A program made the position numbers and the translations under genes. A stretch of 63,923 nt of DNA, filler included, from Ministeria vibrans ATCC 50519 (taxonomy: Eukaryota > Protista > Filasterea), in the NCBI GenBank assembly GCA_943704425.1. It is 6 parts of 6 records of this genome, joined end to end, with 100 filler letters (N's around TTAATTAATTAA, not from the genome) between each part and the next. Parts side by side here need not be neighbours in the genome. Positions count along the whole stretch, not along the records: positions 8,720 to 29,979 come from CALSCP010001570.1; 5 more parts are not named here. One strand, written 5' to 3'. How positions within the stretch are numbered: position 1 is the stretch's first letter; each line of letters starts with the position of its first letter. Below are positions 13,535-26,065 of the stretch, one piece after another. A model generated the notes under the pieces. That model worked only from the letters and a program-made list of their open reading frames with translations, was not told the origin of the DNA and did not search any database.

Positions 13535-14879
13535 TCAATGCATTTTGGAAAGAGAAGAAACGAGACGCGAGAAGAATACGGGAGCCTGGTCGAGGTCAAA
13601 CGAAATGTCTTCTTGCAGATAGACGGGCAGCGAGGGATGCGAGCGCAACGAATCTACACGCAAATCACCGTGTTTGCTTAGTGTTTCTTTTTTTTTTTAT
13701 TTTTTTTTTTGCGCGTGGACCTAGTTCGTACCTTGCGACGGGGAGTATTCCACCTCCTCCGAGTCGACCATGAGTGAAAAGTCAAAGGGACGCGCTGAAA
13801 GTGTGTTTCGCGCGCGCATCAGCACCAGAGTGTCTCCTGCGTCCGTGCGAGACACGCTCAAAACAGACAGACCGCTCAGGGACGTCACTGTATTAAGCTA
13901 TCGTTTGCGTACAATGACACACACGCACACAAAGAGGGTGAGTGAGTGACAGAAAGAGAATTAAGGAGGGACAAAGTGACAGAAAAAGAACGACGTGATA
14001 CAAAGTGACAGAGGGAGACCAACGTGATACAAAGTGGCAAAGAAAGAGCAGAGAGAGAGAGAGACGAGTCAGGAAGAATGTGCGTTCTTTCGTACCTTGA
14101 GTTGCACTTGGTGTGTCTCTGCCACCTGCTTTTCATTTGCCTTTATCTCGCCCCTTCTCACTGCGAAAGTCACAGTTGTGAGCATTGTGATGACTAAACA
14201 TAGTAAGGTGAACAATACCTTCGGCCTTTTGAGCCTTCATCTCTTGTCTGAGCGTCTCCATTTCGCGTTGCATCTTTGCAATGTCTCTGTCGCGCTGCAT
14301 CAGCTGTGCCTTCATCCCTTCTAGCGCTGCCCGTGCCCGCTCTTCCATAAGCGCCGCCTCCTCCAGAGACTCCTGCAATCTCGCTTCAGGCTCTGACACT
14401 CGCAAGTTGAGGAGTTCTTCAAATCGCTGAGCGAGAGGCACTGAAACAGCCTAAACGAGTTGTTTTGAATGATCAGTCGCGCGCGCTCTTTCTCGCTCTC
14501 CCTCTCGCTCTATTGCATCCTACCGTTGATCTTGAGTTTGCAGGGGCTGTACGAACAAATGTTTTCACATATGACTGTTGCTGCGGCAGAAAAAGCGGTC
14601 AGTGGGAAGTGTAATGGGAGAGAGGGACAAAAAGTGACAGGAAAGCAAAATTCAAAAAAGTCAGACTTGTCAAAACAAAATATCCCGACTCAAACTGCCG
14701 CGACTGCTCTTACTTGTTGGCTTTGAGGGTAATTTTCGTCGGTGTTCTGCAAAAGGCGACACAAACGGGGGTGTGAGGGCCGAAGACGGAACACTACAGA
14801 ATTCATAGTTTTTTTTTGTTGTTTTTGGTTTTACCTGTCGCGTTGACGAAACGTCTCCAAGGTCGTCTTGATAGTACAT
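13535..14879 (-). CDS. CSM1: Monopolin subunit Csm1/Pcs1-like (coiled coil + RWD domain), multi-exon
   Basis: 'RFEELLNLRVSEPE' coiled coil, 'LSGLSV', 'FDFSL..VEYSP' and C-terminal 'LPVYLQEDISFDLDQAPVFFSRL'. The last splice junction is in phase; the internal 5' exons are less certain. Confidence 0.75.
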
Positions 14880-15060
14880 CGGAATCAAATGTGTTTTGAA
14901 TACTGGTCAATGTTGCAAAGTTATTTCGAATTGATCTGAATTCTGATTCTGAATTCGAAAATTAAATTATTAATGAAATGACAAATGATTTTTGAAAATT
15001 ATCATTTGTTTTTCCCTCTCTTCGCTCTCTTAGCGCCTCTCAACCGATTTGAACCTCACT

Positions 15061-16219
15061 ATGAGTAGCCTGTTTCACCTGTTTCGAGACATCCCCGACA
15101 CATTCAAAGCAATCGTCTACACGCCTGGTAGGCGAAACCATCCTCAGCGCGAGTTCACTCAACCCTCACCCCCCGCACCCACCCCATCGCCCTTCTCGCA
15201 CCCTTGCAGCATACAACATCTCCTTTTTTGGTCTCGAGCGCCTGCATCCATTTGATTCGTCCAAATGGGGCCGTACGTACCAGATGCTTTTGGTACGGAC
15301 GTGGTGTCGAGAGGTGATGGGAAACTTCATTTTTTTATAATTGTAGGATGCCGAAATTCTGACTCAAGATGAAACTCCTGCGCCGGAAAAAGCCACCGAC
15401 GAGGACTTGTTGCGGGTCCACTCTCAGAAGTACCTCAATTCGCTCAAATGGAGTGCTGTCGTGGCGAAAATCGTCGAAATTCCGCCGGTTCTTTTCCTAC
15501 CAAACTCAGTCGTCCAAAAACGAGTGCTCGACCCGCTACGCTATCAGGTGGGCGGCACAGTGCTCGCGGGTAAGCTTGCCCTTGAACGCGGTGCCGCCGT
15601 CAACCTCGGCGGCGGCTTCCACCACTGCTCAGCAGCCGACGACGACGGCGGCGGCTTCTGTCCCTACGCCGACTTGACACTGTGCATTCGGGCGCTGCGG
15701 GAGGCCAAACTTGTCGATCGTGTGATGATCATTGATCTTGATGCTCACCAGGGCAACGGACACGCGCGCGATTTTATGGATGAGAAGAGCAACACCTTCG
15801 TGCTGGATGTGTACAACACAGAAATATACCCGCAAGACAGGTGGGCGAAGCGCGGCATAAGCCGCGACTTGCCGGTGCGTAGCGGCATCCGCGACGCTGA
15901 GTATCTGAATCTGCTACGCGACAACATTCCTGCTGCCCTCGACGACTTTCAACCGCAGCTCATTGTGTACAATGCGGGCACAGACATCCTCGACAACGAC
16001 CCCCTTGGGGGCATGTGTGTCTCCGCAGAGGGTGTCATTGCGCGCGACGAGCTTGTCTTCTCTGAGGCCCGTCGTCGCAGCATCCCCATTATCATGGTCA
16101 CGTCGGGTGGCTACCAGCGCGTCACCGCACGCGTCATCGCCGACTCACTCATCAATCTCAACGCAAAGGGACTGCTAAAAGAAGAATCCACAACACTTGC
16201 AACAGACGACACACTGTAG
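15061..16219 (+). CDS. HDAC11: Histone deacetylase 11 (class IV), 3 exons
   Basis: YNISFFGLERLHPFDSSKWG, NLGGGFHHC, GGGFCPYAD, IIDLDAHQGNG, YNAGTD, TSGGYQ. Confidence 0.95.
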
Positions 16220-16278
16220 AGACACAAACACCCCCCCTAAAGACAATAAACTACACATCATCTCATTTTGTGTGTACT

Positions 16279-17813
16279 TCAATGAACTACACCACCTCAT
16301 TTTGTTTACGTATCTCTAGGGCAAGATCGCGACTAAGAAGTTGCCGTCGTGTCATGACCTCTCCATCCTCCGTCATCTCCTTCTTGTTGTACTCCGGAAC
16401 AATCGATCGCGGTCGACGCGAAAACGTCTAAAGAAAAACAGAGGATGAGAGAGGGTTCTTTGCGTTCACTTACACAAACACGCATAAATTATTATTATTG
16501 TTATTATTAGACAGACAAACACACCACAATGTGTGATACCATGACAAGGAAGTCTTCCTCCTTCAGCACCACGAGCCCGTACTTGCGTGCCACATCCCGC
16601 TGGAACCGTTCATCAATCCCATACCCAAGCACCATGTGCGTCGCCTTATTCACATCCTTCTCTGTTGTGCAGTATGTGTATGTGTGTGATGAATAAATAA
16701 TAATAATAATAATTATTAGTATTATCAAAGTGAAGAAGAATTAAAAGTCTATGTCTGTCTGTCTTACGTTCAACAACCATTCCATTGATGTGCGCCGTAA
16801 TGAGTTTCAAGTCGCGGTCACTCACGCTGAGCAGTGTACCAGCCACGTAGAATGTCGGACTCGGATATTTCTACACCCCAATACAGTCAATAACATACAC
16901 ACACACAATATTTTCCTCGTACATTGCCGTCCGGCAACACAGGCAAACCAATGATGCCATCATCATCCTCCTCCTCTTTCTTCTTCTTTTCCCTCTCCTC
17001 CTCCGTCATTTCCTCCTCTAGTGGCACAGTCTCCACACGCAGACGCGTGCTGTCATTCTCGTCCGGCATCTCCAGCCGTGGCTGCGGCTTTCGCATTCTC
17101 TTCCAGACGTCAAACCGACGCTGCTCCTCTTCCAAGTACTCCTTCTGCTCCTCCTCCGACAGTACATCCAACGGCTCAAACGACACCAGTCCAAACTTTT
17201 CATCATACTCATCCATGACGGGCGTGCCAAACTGGTCCACAGCGACTCCTTTGCGCGACTCCATCGCACGCGCATACATCTTAAGCATGACAGTACGCCC
17301 AAGAGGTGGGTCATCCATGCTTGCGGGTCGTACCGCATCGCGGTAGTGTTCCACCACCGCCGGATTGGTCAGAAAACGCGCCGTTTCCACACCAACAACG
17401 CGAAGTCCCTCACACGAGCGCAAGCGAGACAATGCCACGTACGCCTGGCCCTCCGCAAACACCTTACCCAGGTCAACCTCAGCCTTGTCAATCGTCGACC
17501 CCTGGGCCCGGTGGATCGTAAGCGCATACGCCGGCGCAATCACATAGTCAGACCGCATTCGAATTGCTCCATCCGGCAACTCCTCGTCCTCATCCGCACA
17601 CTCTACACAGCACATGCATATTGTCAAGTTCACAAGTCAACTAGAGCAAATGCTCGCCAAGTAGCGACTCTCTTACTCTCTCTATATATAATAATAATTA
17701 TATTATATCACTTCTCTCCAATTCATTTCTACCTCTATATAATATTCTGTCCTCCTCTCACAAAATATGACCATGTTCGTTCTCCCTCTCTCTCTCTCTC
17801 CCTCTCTATCACT

Positions 17814-17909
<96 letters not shown>

Positions 17910-19517
17910 AACTCTCTCGATCGCTTACCTTCTTCGACGTAATCCGCAAACGCGTAGGTTCCATCGTCAAGGAAGACCAACGGATAGTACTCTTCCGAGT
18001 TAGTCGCGCGCGTGTACATATCGACAACTACACCACGCTGACCATTCTTGAAGAAGTCATTACTGCGCACCGCAATCACCTTTGTTGAGGGAGCAGATAC
18101 ATTGTGGTATGAGTACTATCCATATGAGTGTGTGCATGGTAATCCTCCTACCTGAACCCCTACTCGCATGGTCACGCCAGGGCCCCACCGCAGACTGTTC
18201 TCGCCGGGCGCCAGTCCATTTTCAATCTCCTCAACGTACTGATCGAACACAACGACGGGTGACGACGTCAGCTGTCGGTCCGTCACTTCCTCGTTGATGT
18301 TGTCCACGTCATGGCGGTGCGACAGCAAGTGGATCGGGCTAAACTCCCCCTTTACATAGCCCGGTCGCTCCTCAAAGGGCACCGATAGTGACTGTAGGTC
18401 GCGAATCACGCTGGGCGACACCAGCCCAAATCGTACATGGAGAAGAATTCTATTGAAGACCAGAAGGTAGTGAGGACCAATTAGACCAGAGTGTGAGAAT
18501 GAAAAAGAAAGACAAAGGTGAATAGACGGGCGGGTGATAGGTAGTGTACCGACTGAGTTTGGGGTCGGACTGGCGAAACTGCCGACCGAGTTCGAGTTGG
18601 TCGTCAAAACAACGCTCCCACATAGGCGACTGGAAACAGAATCCCGTAATGCGGTCGTCGGGTTCGACAGGCGGAAGCTGAAAGAAATCTCCGCTATGGA
18701 GAGAGAATGGGACATAAAACAGAAACAGAAACAAAAACAAAAACAAGTGAGAAACAAATAATAGAGAAAGAGAAACAAAAGGACATAAAAAAGGAAGGAA
18801 AAAAGGTGAGAGACAGGTGTGTGAGTCAGTGTGTCAAGAATGAAGCTAAAACGTACCAACAAACTAGTTGGATTCCGCCAAAGGGCTTGTCGCTGTCGCG
18901 AACGATACGCGCAACACGCTCTACCACCTCAAAGAAAGCACGACTCATCATAGAGACTTCGTCAATCACCAAAATTCGACAGCTCCGCCAACGGTACTAC
19001 ACAGCACAATGATAGTCAACATTAGGATACCTTTAATATAATAATACTAATGCATACCAACGAAACTGCGTTGCGGCGAACCATCTCGGCCAATTCGTAC
19101 GGATCATTCGCGTGAAAGCCAAACCCTGCAAACTCGTGGAGCGTGGTGCCGCCGATAAGCCGTCCCGCATTGGAAGTCATTCCGGTCGTGTAACAGTACT
19201 CGCGAGGACACAGTCGCTGGATTTCTCGTATCACAAAGGACTTTCCGGTCCCTGCACCACCCGTAAAGTACACCGACCTTCCCTTGACCAGCACGGCACG
19301 CAGCACTGCCAGCTGACTCAGAGAGAACTTGTGTTCTGCAAAAAGACGAGTTTTGTAAATCGAAAATGCGCTCTCTCACCGCAAATCAAGCGAGCTTACG
19401 GTTGAGCGATGGATACATCGCAAACATCTCTCGGTCAAACGGTGCGGTGGCTTTCGTCTGCGGCGCTTTCGCTTCCACCAGTCTCATTGGTGTCGTCGAA
19501 AGTTCTCGAGACATCAT
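16279..19517 (-). CDS. PIF1: PIF1-family 5'-3' DNA helicase with a probable C-terminal BRCT-like domain, multi-exon
   Basis: FTGGAGTGKS, GGTTLHEFAG, IDEVSM, PFGGIQ, GDFFQLPPV, FRQSD, YALTIHRAQGSTID, GQAYVALSR. Confidence 0.9.
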
Positions 19518-19739
19518 AACATTGCAAAGTGCGCCTGAGCCCCGCGCACGTCGTACAGCGCCAAGGCGCAACCTCGGACACGCAAATGTACGGAGAATTG
19601 TGAAAGTAGGCAGAAAATATATTGATGGGGACTTATTGGGGAGTATGACTTACTAAGGAGTAAGTCATGACTCATAATCATTATAACGAATAGAATATAC
19701 ACTACACACTACACTATAGTAAAATTGTATACTTTCCAC

Positions 19740-22700
19740 TTAAAACGTAACCCCTTTGCCGCGTCGCATCTTGTCGTGCCCTTGTGTCGGTGGAGGTGCT
19801 CGCATCAAGCCAGATGGTGAAGCCAGAGGAAGTCTGCGCGCTGCACTGGCTCCGGCTCCGGCTTCCGCACCAGTGCTTGCTCCTGCTCCCGCCCTCTTTG
19901 CTACATTTCCTCGACCACGACCTCCTCCTCCTCCGTCAAAGCGACGCCAACTACCGCCGCGACCGCGACCGCCACGACCAAAGCCCTTGGGGAAGTGCTT
20001 GCCGGCGCTCTTGACCACATCAGTGCGCGCTCGCTTGGCCACGGGCGCACCCGACTCGTCATCGTCATTGTCCTCATCAATCGCATCATCATGACCGTGA
20101 CTTTGTGCGTGTACACGCTTCTGAGCACCTGTAATGGCCGCATGACGACGCAACACCTCCAACATGTCGTCACCAAACCGCTCCCGTTTCGCCTCGGTCA
20201 CGCCCACAACGCTGCAGAGTGCCTCGTCGTCCGTGGGCAGCACAGTCGCCATTTTGACCAATGTGGCGCGCGGGAAAACGTGTTCGGCACGAAAACCAGC
20301 GTGCCCTTTCTCACGCTCACCCGCAGCAATACTCTCGCACAAAGCCTGTAGCTCGCTGAGACACTGTTGTGGCGACCCCGAGCGCACTGGACTCGTGCCC
20401 GACACGTTCAAGCTTTTGCTGCTGCCGCGACCACCAGCTGTCTTTTTCTTGGCAAAGTCCGCATATACTTGTTTGTGACCACTCAAGAGCTTAGCGGATT
20501 CAGAACCATAGCCATCGACACACCCCACGACTCCGCCATAGACATTCATCATGACGTGCTCCTGCAGGAAATCCTCTGCGACGAGCTGATGTGCCAGACG
20601 TTCCAACTCGTCCTTGGTGTACGCTGAGCCCTTGCCGTGTCCCGCCAGCGTCCCGTGTCCGTTATCCGCAATCTTCTTGTTGTTGTACCCCTTAAACACC
20701 TGTGTCAAGTAGTCGACCGTGAGATTGTCGCGCTTGTTGCCATGTCGCATCTGGCCGGCGTCGCGCACCAGCTGCACAAACTCGCGGGCGAGCGCCGTCA
20801 CGTCGCGCTTCTCCACCTCAACCCCCGACTCGCAGCAGTCGCACATGTTGTTGCAGCGCTGCACGTCAAACGACTCGCCAAAGTAGTGCAAGACGGATAC
20901 GCGACGGCAGTGCATGGTGTCTGTGCAAAACGTCACCATGCGCCGCAGATTCGACAGTTGGTTCGCCTTGGTCTCAGGACTACCCGACTCGGAGTCCTCG
21001 ATGAGCGCGCGTACCCGTCGGTAGTCGCCTTGCGAAAAGTACAAGATGCATTTGGCCGGCTCGCCGTCACGACCCGCTCGGCCCGTCTCCTGGTAGTAGC
21101 CCTCGAGGCTCTTGGGCACCGAGTTGTGCACGACAAAGCGCACGTCGGCCTTGTCGATGCCCATGCCAAATGCAATGGTGGCGCAAATGACCTGCACACG
21201 ACGCGAAATCCATCGTTGCTGTACCTGCGCACGTACCGTGGCGTCCAAACCCGCGTGGTACTGTTCGGCCGAGACGCCCAACGACACAAGTTTGGCGGCG
21301 AGTGTCTCGCAGTCACGCCGCGACAAACAATAGACAATGCCGCTCTGGCCGGGGTAGTCGGTGCGCGCCAGCTTAGCAATATCCTCGAGCGCCTTGTTGG
21401 ACTTTTTGCGCACTTCGTAGTAAAGGTTGGGACGATTAAAACTCGAGCGAAACACCGTGTGACAGTTGGGGTCGAAGAGGAGCTGTGAAATGATGTCGTT
21501 CTGGACGGTCGCCGTGGCAGTGGCAGTGAGCGCAATGATGGGCACGCCTGGCAACTGCCGTCGCAGTGTTTTTCCCACAAGGACGTAGTCGGGTCGAAAG
21601 TCGTGGCCCCACTGACTGACGCAGTGTGCCTCGTCGACCACAAAACGACAGAGAAGATTGCGTGCGTTGAGAGTCTTGAGCATTTGCATGAGCTGCGGGC
21701 TCTTGGTGACCTTTTCGGGCGTAACATACACCAGTTTGATCGTCTGCGATTCGGCCGGCTGCGACAGCACCATGCGAATGCGCTCGTTAATGGTAGCGGC
21801 ATCCTGATCACCACAGAGCGACAGTGCCCCAATACGCTGAGCTGTCAAGTGTAGCACCTGGTCCTGGACGAGCGAGAGCAGTGGCGAAATGACCACGGTA
21901 AGACCACGACTAGCGACAGCCGGACACTGGTAGCACAGCGACTTGCCGCCGCCTGTAGGCATGAGCACAAGACAGTCTTCGTTGGCCATGGTGCAGTTCA
22001 TCACTTCCATCTGATGTCGACGGAACTGTTGCAATCCAAAATTCTGACGAAGCACCTTGCGCAAGAGTGGCGTATGTTGCGTCTCGGTTGCCCAGCGCTT
22101 CACTTGTGCTGTGTCCTCCAGTTCGCCATCACCATGACTGCCAGCCGCAAGCGACAGCAGTCGTTGCGGTCGCATCGGCACCTGTTCGGACGCTTTGAAA
22201 TCTGCAATCCGTCGCTTCTGGGACGCATCCAACGAGCCTTGCGAGTCGAGGCCAGCCCCATACGTCTGTTGCAGCTGTTCATACGTTGGCTGCTGTGGCT
22301 GTTGATGTTGGGAGTCGGAAGGCACATTCTCAAAGAGTTGTTTCATTGCAGACTCGTCCAAGTTGTCCACAAAGTCGTCGTAGGCGTGAGACAATTGCGA
22401 GTCTACGGGAGCAGTCGACGACACACCCTGTTGTTGTTGAGAATACTGTTCTTGGTGTTGCTGTTGCTGATGAAGCGACTCTTGTTGATGTTGAAAAGAG
22501 GATGGGAGAAGGCGCGACGAAGACGACTCGTGCGGAGTTTGGTGTTGCGTGTGGCAAAGCGGGGCAGCGGTCTTTGAAAAGTCGACGGAGACTGGAGGCA
22601 GTGCCAAACGACGGGAGGAAAACCACTCAGCAAGACTTGCGCGGGTCGCCTGCAGCATGTGATACTCTTCGACAAGGGAGAGAGCGTTGGGCGCAACAAG

Positions 22701-24338
22701 GCGCAGTTGTGTTGGATCGACAAGGGCACAAATGTTTTGTGCGAGACTGTGCAAACGTCCACACGTGTCGATCCAATTGGCTGTGACAGCCGTGGCACTA
22801 GTGGGCGTGCCGACACGCGACGTTGGTGCTGATTTTGGTGGGGGCGGCGATGGGTCTTGGGTGACACATTCGACAATTTCATCCACGACCTCACAAACGT
22901 CCTTGCCTTCATCACCGTCTTCGCCCACATCAAAAACGGGCGCAATGGCCGCAGCGCGTCTCAAAGGCTTCTTTGGTTCCGTCGCCGTCACCTCGTCGTC
23001 AGTTTCAAAATCGTCTTTGGACTGATGTTGTTGTCGTTGTCGTCGTCGCCGTTGTTGTTGTTGTTGTTGTTGTTGCTGTTGTTGTTGTCGACGCTTTGAT
23101 GTTGAAAACACTACTGCGATGTCCTCGTCGTCGTCGTCGTCGTCGTCGTCATCATCATCATCATCATCATCGTCGTCGTCTTCGTCAAGGTGGAGTTTGA
23201 ATCGACCTTTGGCGCGCGGTTTGGGCGTCGCTCTTGTTGTCGTTGACGTTGTTGGAATGGTGGTGGTGGTGGGTTTGTTGTGGAGAGGTGTTGGTGGGAC
23301 GCACGCAGGCGAATGGGATCGATGCGGCGACACCTCGTTGTGAAGGCCTTCGCCTTCGTCGGACGACTCAGACACGACCAAATCAACCTTTTTTCTTCGT
23401 TTCGGGGGAGGCACGGGAGGAGAAGGGGTGGAAGACGACGACGACACGATGGGCTCTTGGTCAAAAAGATGGTTTGAAGACGAGTGCGAGTGGGAGACCG
23501 GTCGAGTGTTTGTCGAGGTAGAAGGAGGAAACTGAGTTTCGGCGACATAGTCGCGATCATGAGGATGCGATGAAGCCGACAGTTCTGGTTGTGGTGACAT
23601 GTTCTCGTCTTGTCGACAAGTGTATTGCAAGGACGGTGATTGCTGCTGTTGCTGCGACACATTTGACTGCCGTTGAGGTTGGGACGGTTGAGTGTCGGCG
23701 ACAAAGACCGATTTTGGCTTGCGTGACGGACGCTGCGATGGCTGTGACTCAGGAATACACACCGTCGTTGTCGCAGCAGTAGCAGCAGCAATAGTAGTAG
23801 TAGTGGTGGTGGTGGTGGTGGTGGTGGGTGCTAGTCTGGATGCGATGGTAAACGAGGAATAACCGAGGTCAGGGAACTTGTCCAGGGCATCGTCACTGTC
23901 ACTGTCACTGTCGACGGTGGGTGGGTCGACAACGGTATCTGCCCGCTTTGCCTTGGAAAAGACGTGGTTCCCATTCTCTTCGCTGTTGCAGCTGTTGTTG
24001 AGGTGGCTGTCGGTGAAGCTGTCGTCTTCGTCGACATCGAGACGTTTCTTCGTCGTAGATTTTGGTAGTTGACCGTCGCTTGACGACGAACTGGCACCGC
24101 TCGAGGATCGAGCGACATCGTTGGGACCATCTCGACTGATTGTACTGGGTGTGCGCACAAAGAGTGCGCTTGGTGCCGAGCCTGGCGTGACAACGGTCCG
24201 AGGTGGCCGAAACGACGCGGAGGGCGTTTTGCGCGACAGCGACAGCCGTGATGGTTTGCGCAGCTGTGGACTCTTCAAGTCACCCTCACCTCTTTTGGTT
24301 AGCCCGCACCCGACCTTCGCAGACGACGAAAGAAGCAT
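19740..24338 (-). CDS. BLM: RecQ helicase, BLM/Sgs1-like (disordered N-terminus, helicase, RQC, HRDC, RGG-rich tail)
   Basis: [81 protein letters not shown]-like helices. Confidence 0.93.
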   Translation of the reverse strand: MLLSSSAKVGCGLTKRGEGDLKSPQLRKPSRLSLSRKTPSASFRPPRTVVTPGSAPSALFVRTPSTISRDGPNDVARSSSGASSSSSDGQLPKSTTKKRLDVDEDDSFTDSHLNNSCNSEENGNHVFSKAKRADTVVDPPTVDSDSDSDDALDKFPDLGYSSFTIASRLAPTTTTTTTTTTTIAAATAATTTVCIPESQPSQRPSRKPKSVFVADTQPSQPQRQSNVSQQQQQSPSLQYTCRQDENMSPQPELSASSHPHDRDYVAETQFPPSTSTNTRPVSHSHSSSNHLFDQEPIVSSSSSTPSPPVPPPKRRKKVDLVVSESSDEGEGLHNEVSPHRSHSPACVPPTPLHNKPTTTTIPTTSTTTRATPKPRAKGRFKLHLDEDDDDDDDDDDDDDDDDDDEDIAVVFSTSKRRQQQQQQQQQQQQRRRRQRQQHQSKDDFETDDEVTATEPKKPLRRAAAIAPVFDVGEDGDEGKDVCEVVDEIVECVTQDPSPPPPKSAPTSRVGTPTSATAVTANWIDTCGRLHSLAQNICALVDPTQLRLVAPNALSLVEEYHMLQATRASLAEWFSSRRLALPPVSVDFSKTAAPLCHTQHQTPHESSSSRLLPSSFQHQQESLHQQQQHQEQYSQQQQGVSSTAPVDSQLSHAYDDFVDNLDESAMKQLFENVPSDSQHQQPQQPTYEQLQQTYGAGLDSQGSLDASQKRRIADFKASEQVPMRPQRLLSLAAGSHGDGELEDTAQVKRWATETQHTPLLRKVLRQNFGLQQFRRHQMEVMNCTMANEDCLVLMPTGGGKSLCYQCPAVASRGLTVVISPLLSLVQDQVLHLTAQRIGALSLCGDQDAATINERIRMVLSQPAESQTIKLVYVTPEKVTKSPQLMQMLKTLNARNLLCRFVVDEAHCVSQWGHDFRPDYVLVGKTLRRQLPGVPIIALTATATATVQNDIISQLLFDPNCHTVFRSSFNRPNLYYEVRKKSNKALEDIAKLARTDYPGQSGIVYCLSRRDCETLAAKLVSLGVSAEQYHAGLDATVRAQVQQRWISRRVQVICATIAFGMGIDKADVRFVVHNSVPKSLEGYYQETGRAGRDGEPAKCILYFSQGDYRRVRALIEDSESGSPETKANQLSNLRRMVTFCTDTMHCRRVSVLHYFGESFDVQRCNNMCDCCESGVEVEKRDVTALAREFVQLVRDAGQMRHGNKRDNLTVDYLTQVFKGYNNKKIADNGHGTLAGHGKGSAYTKDELERLAHQLVAEDFLQEHVMMNVYGGVVGCVDGYGSESAKLLSGHKQVYADFAKKKTAGGRGSSKSLNVSGTSPVRSGSPQQCLSELQALCESIAAGEREKGHAGFRAEHVFPRATLVKMATVLPTDDEALCSVVGVTEAKRERFGDDMLEVLRRHAAITGAQKRVHAQSHGHDDAIDEDNDDDESGAPVAKRARTDVVKSAGKHFPKGFGRGGRGRGGSWRRFDGGGGGRGRGNVAKRAGAGASTGAEAGAGASAARRLPLASPSGLMRAPPPTQGHDKMRRGKGVTF

Positions 24339-24570
24339 CTGTGACAAAAAAGGGTTAAAAAAAAATCGTGTCGAGAACAAGTTTGAATCTTCACCTCAAA
24401 CCAGCGATGGGAGCCGGAAGAGGGGATGGGGGACAGACTGGCGACTAAGGAGAGAAATAGAGACTTGAAATGAAGGGCGAAACAGCCTTTTCCACACGCG
24501 AGCCAGTCGCTGTGGCGGTTTTCAATGAAAAAAGTGAATCTCTTTAGAAAGTAGAAAAAAAAAAAATCAG

Positions 24571-24589
24571 TTTCGGCGCGAAATTCGAA
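24571..24589. promoter_or_regulatory. E2F-like site adjoining a CHR-like TTCGAA in the BLM/TK1 divergent promoter
   Basis: TTTCGGCGCGAAATTCGAA; GGCGCGAAA is the reverse complement of TTTCGCGCC. Confidence 0.5.
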
Positions 24590-24778
24590 AAGTCGCTCGA
24601 TCAACCATTGAAAAGTCAAAAGTCAACTATCGGTAAAATCGTACATAAAAACTTTTACACGCGTCCACTTGTCCCCACCTATTCTTTGACGAGTGTACCC
24701 GTGCTTTGAGCTGCTCTTCCTCGCTCTCTCTCTCTTCTCTTCTCTTCTGCTCGACGACTTGTTTCTTTTTTTATTCCA

Positions 24779-25881
24779 ATGTCTTGTGTGACCGCCGCCA
24801 GCCTCACTCACATGCCGCCCGAAACGGGAATGGGCCACATTCAGGTATTACATGGGGAGGGTGGGCAGTGGCGCGCAGTACCGTGGCGCCTTTGAGCAAC
24901 GTCGAACTCTGTTCAAATTTCGGCGCGCAAAAAAATTTTTTTTTGAAGGAACAGAAACGACAAATTCATTTGCGTATACGTCACTTGTGTGTGTCGCCAG
25001 TCGTCGATGCATGTCCTCAACGATGCATGTTTTGGTGTGTGTAGGTGATTTTTGGTCCAATGTTCTCGGGAAAGACGTACGTGTGTCAGTGACTCGCGAA
25101 ACCGTTAGGCTTTTAACATTACTTTGTGTGTATGTGTGTGTGTGCGTGTGTAGGACTGAGCTCATGAGAAGGATTAAGCGATACCAGATTGCGCTTCGAG
25201 GGTGTGCTATGGTGAAGTACCACGCTGATCAGCGCTACAGCCAGACAGGGGTTGCCAGTCACGACAAGTTCGACATTGATCATTTGCGAGACGCACTAAT
25301 CAAACGTGTCCTTTTTGTCTGTAGGCAAACATTCCCTGCAATTTCTGCTCACGCACTGATGCCGTTGGTGGATGACTTATCAGAATCCAAGTATTCTGTC
25401 ATTGGAATTGACGAAGGCCAATTTGTACGTGAGAGCGAGCGTCCACACGAAGAATGGCTCTTCTAACCCTTTTGTAACTATCAATTCCTTTTGTAGTTTC
25501 CGGATCTGATTGAATTCTGTGACCATATGGCCAGTATTGGCAAAACTGTTATTGTGGCTGCGCTTGACGGAACTTTCCAAAGACAGGTAGGGAGAAAACA
25601 AAGGAAAAATTAATAATTTTTTTATTATTATAATAATGCTAATAATAATTATTATTATTTTTATCTTTTTGTTTGATTGATAGCCATTTGGGAATGTGCT
25701 TCAATTGGTACCGATGGCGGAGAGTGTGGTGAAACTGAGTGCAGTGTGCATGATGTGTTGCGGCGAGGCTGCCTTCTCGAAGCGCATTGGCTCGGAGACA
25801 GCCATTGAGGTCATTGGGGGAGCCGACAAGTATGTGGCGGTGTGTCGCGCCTGCTACGACAACAAGTGCGAGTCTCCTTGA
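24779..25881 (+). CDS. TK1: Thymidine kinase 1, multi-exon
   Basis: Spliced MSCVT..GHIQ|[11 protein letters not shown]|[15 protein letters not shown]|[37 protein letters not shown]. Confidence 0.96.
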
Positions 25882-26065
25882 ATATGAAAGCTATCTTTGT
25901 GTGCCTGTGTGTGTCTGTGTGCTTCTTCTTCTTCTTTTTTTTTTTGTGTGTATGCTCCTATTGTGTTGGATGAACGCTTCATTGACTTGAAAATTGATAC
26001 CGTGCGTACGTACGTACGGCACCCATTGGCAGGCACAAGGAGATACGAGTGTTGCAAGTCCCTTT

